A stretch of 64,000 nt of DNA, taken from an uncultured cyanobacterium. GTDB taxonomy: Bacteria; Cyanobacteriota; Cyanobacteriia; Cyanobacteriales; CAWUOF01. The stretch lies in NCBI GenBank assembly GCA_963744145.1, contig CAVUSO010000001.1, positions 4,800,001 through 4,864,000 on the forward strand, in the 5' to 3' direction. Below are positions 9,953 through 20,400 of this stretch, one piece after another (the first letter of the stretch is position 1; the number at the start of each line of letters is the position of its first letter). The translations under genes were made by a program, and so were the position numbers. The notes under the pieces were generated by a model. The model was given only the letters and a program-made list of their open reading frames with translations. It had not been told where the DNA came from and did not search any database.

Positions 9953-10930
9953 ATGTCTGTTCTTTATGTAACTCAACCTGATGCTGTAGTTAGCAAAAAC
10001 TATGAAGCTTTTACTGTTGCTTTAAAGCAAGAAGATGGTTCTTGGCAAAAGCAAAGCGTACCTGCTCAAACTATCGAGCAAATGGTTTTAATCGGCAACC
10101 CTCAAGTTACTGGAGATGCTTTAATGTACGCTTTAGAATTGGGAATATCTGTACATTACCTATCTAATTTTGGAAAATATCTGGGATCGGCATTACCAGG
10201 TTATTCTCGCAACGGTCAATTACGATTAGCACAATATGGTGTTTATCAAGACAAAAATCGACGCTTAGAATTAGCAAAAGCGATCGTTACTGGGAAAATT
10301 CACAATCAATATGCCGTATTATATCGACACAACATTCGGGATAATCCCCTCAAACTAAGGGAAAAACAAGTCAAAGAACAAAACACCCTTGATGAGACGA
10401 GAGGAATGGAAGGTAAAGCAGCACAAGAATATTTTAGTTACTGGCAAGAAATGGTAGGAAATAAATGGAGTTTTAACGGTCGTCATCGTCGTCCACCTAC
10501 CGATCCAGTAAATGCTTTGTTAGGATTTGCCTATGGTTTATTGCGAGTGCAAATTACCGCTGCAATTCATCTAGCAGGACTAGATCCTTATATTGGTTAT
10601 TTGCACGAAGTAACTCGCGGTCAACCAGCAATGGTATTAGATTTAATGGAAGAATTTCGAGCTTTAATTGCTGACAATTTAATTTTATCTGTTTTGAGTC
10701 ATCAGCAGCTAAAACCAACTGATTTTAGTGAAAGTTTAGGTGCCTATCGTTTGGAAGAAAAAGGGCGGAAACTGTTTCTAGAAGCTTGGGAAACCAAAAT
10801 GAATAATGAATTCAAACACCCTACTTTTAAATATAGCTGTACCTATCGCAAATCGATTGAATTACAAGCTCGTTTACTCAGTCGTCACCTCCAAGAACAA
10901 GTTACCTATAAACCACTAACACTACGATGA
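9953..10930 (+). CDS. cas1: type I-D Cas1 integrase
   Basis: GMEGKAAQEYF, RRPPTDPVNALL, GLDPYIGYLH, DLMEEFR. Confidence 0.97.
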   Translation: MSVLYVTQPDAVVSKNYEAFTVALKQEDGSWQKQSVPAQTIEQMVLIGNPQVTGDALMYALELGISVHYLSNFGKYLGSALPGYSRNGQLRLAQYGVYQDKNRRLELAKAIVTGKIHNQYAVLYRHNIRDNPLKLREKQVKEQNTLDETRGMEGKAAQEYFSYWQEMVGNKWSFNGRHRRPPTDPVNALLGFAYGLLRVQITAAIHLAGLDPYIGYLHEVTRGQPAMVLDLMEEFRALIADNLILSVLSHQQLKPTDFSESLGAYRLEEKGRKLFLEAWETKMNNEFKHPTFKYSCTYRKSIELQARLLSRHLQEQVTYKPLTLR

Positions 10931-11220
10931 CCACCCTTTTTTACCTAGTTATTTACGACTTACCCGATACCAAAGCTGCGAATAAGCGTCGTAAGCGTTT
11001 ACACAAATTGCTTTCGGGTTATGGGAAATGGACCCAATACAGCGTTTTCGAGTTATTTTTGACAAGTATGCAATTTGTCAAGCTTCAGCAACAAATCGAA
11101 ACACTCATTCAGCCCAAAGAGGATGCAGTCAAAATCTATATATTAGATGTAGGCTCGGTGAAGCGGACAATAACTTATGGTTGTGAAAAGCCTAGACAAG
11201 ATCGAACAATCATACTATGA
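10927..11220 (+). CDS. cas2: Cas2
   Basis: YLVIYDL, WTQYSVFE; ATGA overlap with cas1. Confidence 0.97.
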   Translation: MTTLFYLVIYDLPDTKAANKRRKRLHKLLSGYGKWTQYSVFELFLTSMQFVKLQQQIETLIQPKEDAVKIYILDVGSVKRTITYGCEKPRQDRTIIL

Positions 11221-11438
11221 TGTTTCCATTGGGATTTTTGGCAAGGCGAAGCGAGGTTGAAAAACCAGGGGGTGCCGCCAAAATCTCTAGAACCTTGAAA
11301 AATCAATAGTTTTGCTCTTTTAGAGCTATCAAAAAATCGCCAAAAAGAGGTTGGGGCGATCGCTGAAATGAAGTTTTTTTGGAGACCTGCCAAAACTGCT
11401 TTTCAAAGCTAGTCCCAGTAACCCTTCTAGACCCCGCT
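11221..11438 (+). promoter_or_regulatory. CRISPR leader
   Basis: Non-coding stretch between cas2 and the first repeat with recurring GCCAAAA/TTTTGGC motifs as seen in cyanobacterial I-D leaders. Confidence 0.8.
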
Positions 11439-14400
11439 CTTTCTCAATACTGAATCCCGGTAACGGGACTGAAACGGTTAATCTGATGAACAGTTATTCA
11501 GGTAACATACCCACTTTCTCAATACTGAATCCCGGTAACGGGACTGAAACCAGTTATCGTTTGCGATGGGTTTCCGATCCTGAGATATAGCTTTCTCAAT
11601 ACTGAATCCCGGTAACGGGACTGAAACTGATCGAATTTGCTAGAAGCACTAAACCTAAATCAGCGAACTTTCTCAATACTGAATCCCGGTAACGGGACTG
11701 AAACATCGGTAGATTGTCTTATCCAATTTTTATTTATTTCTTTCTCAATACTGAATCCCGGTAACGGGACTGAAACTTAAAGAATATTGAGTTCTTAAAC
11801 TCTCATAGACCACTTTCTCAATACTGAATCCCGGTAACGGGACTGAAACTTGTTCTAGTATATTTTCTTCTAAGGAAGCCTGATAACTTTCTCAATACTG
11901 AATCCCGGTAACGGGACTGAAACTTGATAATTTTACCGATTACCAAATCTTGGTCTAACTCTTTCTCAATACTGAATCCCGGTAACGGGACTGAAACCTA
12001 CCTGTACTGCCTGCAACGGGACATATTGTCCCGTCTTTCTCAATACTGAATCCCGGTAACGGGACTGAAACGAGAAAGAGTTAACTGTATCGGGTTATGC
12101 TAGAGTACAGTACTTTCTCAATACTGAATCCCGGTAACGGGACTGAAACTGGAGGTGCAGGTATTAATCTGCAACATCGTTGTTTAACTTTCTCAATACT
12201 GAATCCCGGTAACGGGACTGAAACTCTGAAATGTCATCTAGCTTACTAGAATCCTTCAAGAAAACTTTCTCAATACTGAATCCCGGTAACGGGACTGAAA
12301 CTATAGGACTATATTTAATTTTATATATTTTACCTTCTACAGCTTTCTCAATACTGAATCCCGGTAACGGGACTGAAACCGTTAATGTAGCTACTCCAGC
12401 ACTACCTGGGAAATTTGCATCTTTCTCAATACTGAATCCCGGTAACGGGACTGAAACCTGCTACTCTATTAATACATTGATTAAAGTCTTTTTCTGCTTT
12501 CTCAATACTGAATCCCGGTAACGGGACTGAAACTTGTTATGTAACATATCATGAACTTGTTGTGCTATGGCTTTCTCAATACTGAATCCCGGTAACGGGA
12601 CTGAAACATCTTAATAACTTACATAAAGATGTATGTAGAGATTGTAAATTAGCTTTCTCAATACTGAATCCCGGTAACGGGACTGAAACGTATCAATTTC
12701 TGTCCAGTTACTACCATCAGCAGCAGGAACTGTACTAGATAATCCAAGCTTTCTCAATACTGAATCCCGGTAACGGGACTGAAACTACTAATCTAATTCT
12801 AACTTCTAATCAATATACACCTTTCTCAATACTGAATCCCGGTAACGGGACTGAAACGAGTACGAGAATTGTATGAAGATGAGAAACAAAGACTTTCTCA
12901 ATACTGAATCCCGGTAACGGGACTGAAACTATCGCCTTTATGGCAATCTGCTATGTAATATTTAATACTTTCTCAATACTGAATCCCGGTAACGGGACTG
13001 AAACTTGTAAAAGAATGTTTACAGCACTATATGAATAAAGATACTTTCTCAATACTGAATCCCGGTAACGGGACTGAAACCATAAAGAATATGGCGGAAA
13101 GTTTTTATTTAAAAAAGCAGACTTTCTCAATACTGAATCCCGGTAACGGGACTGAAACTTGGTTACAAGAAATATATGTAGAGTATGATACTTTCTCAAT
13201 ACTGAATCCCGGTAACGGGACTGAAACCCGATGTATCTCGAAGTATCAGGTAGAATTTTTCTTGATCACTTTCTCAATACTGAATCCCGGTAACGGGACT
13301 GAAACTATTAAATTCTATTACTAATATAAATAAGACGTTCTTTCTCAATACTGAATCCCGGTAACGGGACTGAAACTTGTAGGTATTTGCTCCCTGTTCC
13401 CAAGTTTGTGATCTACTTTCTCAATACTGAATCCCGGTAACGGGACTGAAACTTAATAATATTTCATTATCCAACCTACGTTGGATTACTCTTTCTCAAT
13501 ACTGAATCCCGGTAACGGGACTGAAACGCTAATACTACTTGGTTAACTCCTAGTAATCGTACTATCTTTCTCAATACTGAATCCCGGTAACGGGACTGAA
13601 ACTACCGTCAGCTCTATAGGGCTTATTTCTCAATGTAGACTTTCTCAATACTGAATCCCGGTAACGGGACTGAAACAAATCTAAACATACATAAATATGG
13701 TTTAATTCTTCTTCTTTCTCAATACTGAATCCCGGTAACGGGACTGAAACTTTATTATTTATAAGAGAAACTACATATACTAAACAACGTCTTTCTCAAT
13801 ACTGAATCCCGGTAACGGGACTGAAACTTTCTAGTTCACAGTTTTCTACGAACCATTGTTTTAACTTTCTCAATACTGAATCCCGGTAACGGGACTGAAA
13901 CCATAAATTTGGTATCCCTACTAATCCTAAACATTGGCTTTCTCAATACTGAATCCCGGTAACGGGACTGAAACTACAAATCCCCAATATGCCTCCTGTA
14001 TATCCAGGTCTTTCTCAATACTGAATCCCGGTAACGGGACTGAAACTCTAAATAATCCGCCAATTCATCAGTAGAGATTTGACTTTCTCAATACTGAATC
14101 CCGGTAACGGGACTGAAACACATTAAAACTCCTGCGGGTTGACAAGATGTCTGTAACTTACTTTCTCAATACTGAATCCCGGTAACGGGACTGAAACTAT
14201 AACAATAGGTATCTATATTCTCTATAGAATCTATACTTTCTCAATACTGAATCCCGGTAACGGGACTGAAACTAACAGGTTTAAAGCATCACTAACTTTG
14301 GCGTAAAGCTTTCTCAATACTGAATCCCGGTAACGGGACTGAAACAAATATTCCTATTAAATCTATTAAATTTATAGATAACTTTCTCAATACTGAATCC

Positions 14401-17400
14401 CGGTAACGGGACTGAAACTGTTGTTCAGTCATACATATACGGAAATTACTTAGGACTTTCTCAATACTGAATCCCGGTAACGGGACTGAAACTTAGATTC
14501 GACGGAAATAACGCTAGGGTGATAACGGCTTTCTCAATACTGAATCCCGGTAACGGGACTGAAACAACTCTAAGTGTACGTTATGGTTTAATCGTATAGT
14601 TAACTTTCTCAATACTGAATCCCGGTAACGGGACTGAAACCTTACTAACGATACTGTTGTAAAATTGCGTTTTAAAAACTTTCTCAATACTGAATCCCGG
14701 TAACGGGACTGAAACCAATATTGATTGTACAAAAAGTTTGTATTATATCAACTTTCTCAATACTGAATCCCGGTAACGGGACTGAAACCAGGACTTATTT
14801 CTAAATCTATACATAGTAGATCAGACTTTCTCAATACTGAATCCCGGTAACGGGACTGAAACGATCAGGATAATTTCTTAACTGCCATTTAAGGACAGTT
14901 CTAGAGCTTTCTCAATACTGAATCCCGGTAACGGGACTGAAACACACTCTAACCCGTCAACCTTAAACCACAAGGAAAACTTTCTCAATACTGAATCCCG
15001 GTAACGGGACTGAAACTAACCACCTACTGTTGTTTTAGGAGATAACGTAAATCTCACTTTCTCAATACTGAATCCCGGTAACGGGACTGAAACTTAGACA
15101 ACATAACAAACTCCTTGATCATTGTGCTTTCTCAATACTGAATCCCGGTAACGGGACTGAAACGATTTATAAGAGTTTAAATAAACTCCAGATAACCCTA
15201 CTTTCTCAATACTGAATCCCGGTAACGGGACTGAAACTGAAAGAACAAAGTATGTGTTCATCACCAATCATGATGCTTTCTCAATACTGAATCCCGGTAA
15301 CGGGACTGAAACTCTACCTATTCTTTTATTAAGATAGAGAGCAAGATAGCTTTCTCAATACTGAATCCCGGTAACGGGACTGAAACAAGTGAATTGTTTT
15401 TAATCCGTCTTTTGTAGGTTGATCCTTTCTCAATACTGAATCCCGGTAACGGGACTGAAACTACGCTGAACTGTTCCAAACAACAGAACAAGAAACTTTC
15501 TCAATACTGAATCCCGGTAACGGGACTGAAACAATGTATTATAAAAAGCTAGTTCTTCTAAACTTGTCATAGCTTTCTCAATACTGAATCCCGGTAACGG
15601 GACTGAAACTCTCAAAATACTTATGTGCTTTTTGTTTTAATAGCTTTCTCAATACTGAATCCCGGTAACGGGACTGAAACGTGCAATACCATAATGATGT
15701 TTTCCTACCTAGTACTTTCTCAATACTGAATCCCGGTAACGGGACTGAAACTATCATGATCTAGAGATAGAAGAATTAAATAATCATCTTAACAGCTTTC
15801 TCAATACTGAATCCCGGTAACGGGACTGAAACGAGAAGAACAAACAAAACAAAACACCAACTAAGGAGATTACAGCTTTCTCAATACTGAATCCCGGTAA
15901 CGGGACTGAAACCTAGAGTTATCAATTAATCCCATAGTAGATAAAGGCTTTCTCAATACTGAATCCCGGTAACGGGACTGAAACGTCTTATTTCATTCCT
16001 TCTAGAATCCAAATAATCTGGACTTTCTCAATACTGAATCCCGGTAACGGGACTGAAACTTATCCAATGCAGATGTTATATGGTCTATTATCCAGCGCTT
16101 TCTCAATACTGAATCCCGGTAACGGGACTGAAACGTAGCCATCAATGCAATGGATAAAACGCAACCAACTACTTTCTCAATACTGAATCCCGGTAACGGG
16201 ACTGAAACATAAGAAACTTTAGAAAAAACAGTCAACATAACTAACTTTCTCAATACTGAATCCCGGTAACGGGACTGAAACAATCGCGTTGATAGAGAAC
16301 ATTGGCACAATTTCTAACTTTCTCAATACTGAATCCCGGTAACGGGACTGAAACAGCAATAATTATCCTTGTCGCGTTTGCCTTTAGAGCCGCTTTCTCA
16401 ATACTGAATCCCGGTAACGGGACTGAAACCTTCCCTACAAAATCTTCGATTCCTAATAGCCCTCGGCTCTTTCTCAATACTGAATCCCGGTAACGGGACT
16501 GAAACCTAATAAAGTTGGCCAGATTGGTTCCAACCTCTTGCTTTCTCAATACTGAATCCCGGTAACGGGACTGAAACCTGTTAATATTGGAGAGTTAACT
16601 GTATCGGGTTATGCCCGCTTTCTCAATACTGAATCCCGGTAACGGGACTGAAACAAGAAACATATCTATGTATATACATGGATATAAATATAGCTTTCTC
16701 AATACTGAATCCCGGTAACGGGACTGAAACGCATTATTATTAAATTCCATTTTGTAAGGGCGTTCCCTGGGGACTTTCTCAATACTGAATCCCGGTAACG
16801 GGACTGAAACTCCAGAAAAAATACTAAGTGCGGATAATTATAGCCACTTTCTCAATACTGAATCCCGGTAACGGGACTGAAACTCGACCTGTGCAAACAA
16901 GTCGGCCAACTCATCGCCTGCGCTTTCTCAATACTGAATCCCGGTAACGGGACTGAAACAAATAATCACTACCTCCAAAATTAGGGTCAATCCCTGCAAT
17001 ATAAGTGTTGCCTGGAAATGGTTGCAGCCAAGTCCCGCTTTCTCAATACTGAATCCCGGTAACGGGACTGAAACGCTTTCAAAAATGGATATCGGTAAGA
17101 TGGATTGAAAAATCTTTCTCAATACTGAATCCCGGTAACGGGACTGAAACCTAATTGGATTTCTTGCTCCTCAATCCACCGACTTTCTCAATACTGAATC
17201 CCGGTAACGGGACTGAAACTCTTATAATCTATCTTTGTTATTCACAAACTCAGATCTTTCTCAATACTGAATCCCGGTAACGGGACTGAAACTCTATAGA
17301 TCTGATAAGAGATTGATATCTAAGATCATGACTTTCTCAATACTGAATCCCGGTAACGGGACTGAAACAATCTCTGTAGTTGGTAGTAGCTGAGTTCTAC

Positions 17401-20400
17401 ATTATTAGCTTTCTCAATACTGAATCCCGGTAACGGGACTGAAACTCTGATCTATAGCTACATATATTAGATTGTTATGGGTTCTTTCTCAATACTGAAT
17501 CCCGGTAACGGGACTGAAACAACAATACTGGATCATGCAAGACCGACAAGAAAAAACAGCTTTCTCAATACTGAATCCCGGTAACGGGACTGAAACTTGA
17601 GAAAGCTTCGCTTCGGTGACTGGGTTAAAATTGTGCGATCTTTCTCAATACTGAATCCCGGTAACGGGACTGAAACATGAAATAGTTAGTATTCTTATTC
17701 TGAGATAAGAACTTTCTCAATACTGAATCCCGGTAACGGGACTGAAACGATTCAGAAGCTCGTAAATTGGGGTCTTTGGTATCACTTTCTCAATACTGAA
17801 TCCCGGTAACGGGACTGAAACTATAATTTTTATTTTTCTTTGCCCTAAAGGGGAATAATTCTTTCTCAATACTGAATCCCGGTAACGGGACTGAAACCGG
17901 AAATTATCTAGAAAATTAGTGTGATTCAAATCTTTCTCAATACTGAATCCCGGTAACGGGACTGAAACGATTTTTTCTATGAGGATAAGAACAGCGAGAG
18001 TTCTGCTTTCTCAATACTGAATCCCGGTAACGGGACTGAAACTTTTATACGCCATCGATGATAAATGCACCTATAGCTGCTTTCTCAATACTGAATCCCG
18101 GTAACGGGACTGAAACATTAATATCCCTAGCTGTTTCTTTTTGAAATTAGCTTCTTTCTCAATACTGAATCCCGGTAACGGGACTGAAACTTTTCAAGCT
18201 CCCACTCACGGAAAACTTCTTTTCTCTGCTTTCTCAATACTGAATCCCGGTAACGGGACTGAAACATTACCAAAACGAACGGCCCGAACTGGATGCTGAA
18301 CTCTTTCTCAATACTGAATCCCGGTAACGGGACTGAAACTTTCCCTGCAACCCAAGCATTAATGGTTACTTCAGGAACTTTCTCAATACTGAATCCCGGT
18401 AACGGGACTGAAACTTTGTACGGTCCATATTTTATGTTTTTCGTTCCATGCTTTCTCAATACTGAATCCCGGTAACGGGACTGAAACATTCAGATATTGT
18501 ATTGCAATAAATCAATCTGTAGCTGCTTTCTCAATACTGAATCCCGGTAACGGGACTGAAACCACTACCCACGGTCTTAACCCAGACACAGCAAGCATCT
18601 TTCTCAATACTGAATCCCGGTAACGGGACTGAAACAATCTGGGAATGACATTTCAACTAGGTCTGACGGATCGGCTACTTTCTCAATACTGAATCCCGGT
18701 AACGGGACTGAAACATTCTGCCTTGCAACCACGGGCTTGAGCTAAAAGACTTTCTCAATACTGAATCCCGGTAACGGGACTGAAACGAAGATTGGCTCAG
18801 GAAGCGAATGAAATTTCATAGGTTTCAGTCCCGCTTTCTCAATACTGAATCCCGGTAACGGGACTGAAACTGCCCACGATACTACCCACACTACCCACGA
18901 TCATTTTGACTTTCTCAATACTGAATCCCGGTAACGGGACTGAAACTTTTTATTAGAAATATAGATTTGTTTGAAACGTTGGCTTTCTCAATACTGAATC
19001 CCGGTAACGGGACTGAAACAAGAGCAGATTTTTACCCAAATTGCCTATGACGACTTTCTCAATACTGAATCCCGGTAACGGGACTGAAACAATAATTCTT
19101 CTACTTGACAAACATGGTAAGGTGGTGCTTTCTCAATACTGAATCCCGGTAACGGGACTGAAACTTTTACAGCTAACGTTTCCCCAGTTAATTTAGTTTC
19201 TGACTTTCTCAATACTGAATCCCGGTAACGGGACTGAAACCCGTCCTTATTTAGCTGTACTGGGAGGGAGTTTTTTGACAGCTTTCTCAATACTGAATCC
19301 CGGTAACGGGACTGAAACGCTTGAACTGGGGTAGCAGTAACGGTAATTGGAGGCTTTCTCAATACTGAATCCCGGTAACGGGACTGAAACGATTGTTAAT
19401 CGCGATCGCACCTACTGATCGAAACGGCTTTCTCAATACTGAATCCCGGTAACGGGACTGAAACCTGCTCAAATAGTTTTTGATTTAACCAAATTTATTA
19501 GCCTTTCTCAATACTGAATCCCGGTAACGGGACTGAAACCCAATATAATGCCTTTAAATCCTACTGTAAAACCTAGTCTTTCTCAATACTGAATCCCGGT
19601 AACGGGACTGAAACTTATCTTTTTTATATACAATTCGGACTGGTTGTGACGGCTTTCTCAATACTGAATCCCGGTAACGGGACTGAAACTTTTCCTTGCT
19701 GTTTAAGGTTGACGGGTTAGAGTGACTTTCTCAATACTGAATCCCGGTAACGGGACTGAAACACATCACAATTATCCCATAAATGACAAAACCCATCCTA
19801 CTTTCTCAATACTGAATCCCGGTAACGGGACTGAAACAATTAATCTTAACTAAGAACGAGAACGACTAAAGCTTTCTCAATACTGAATCCCGGTAACGGG
19901 ACTGAAACAAATAAAATCTTTGCTTGCAACTAAAAAGTTAAACTCCTTTCTCAATACTGAATCCCGGTAACGGGACTGAAACTATTACCTTTACTAGAGA
20001 AGTATGGTATACACCTCTTTCTCAATACTGAATCCCGGTAACGGGACTGAAACCCTTTCTGTTGTATCCAAAACAGAAAACAATCTAGTCCTTTCTCAAT
20101 ACTGAATCCCGGTAACGGGACTGAAACTCCTGACTGCCATTGTTCTGAGGGTGAGTTTTTTGATCTTTCTCAATACTGAATCCCGGTAACGGGACTGAAA
20201 CATTTCATCATAATCAATGTACTGCCAACCATTGTCAGCTTTCTCAATACTGAATCCCGGTAACGGGACTGAAACAAATCTTGTTTGGTAGTCATTTGTC
20301 TTGTCCTGCGTCTTTCTCAATACTGAATCCCGGTAACGGGACTGAAACATGACACGAGAACCATCGGGTTCTCCGCCTTTTATTCCTTTCTCAATACTGA

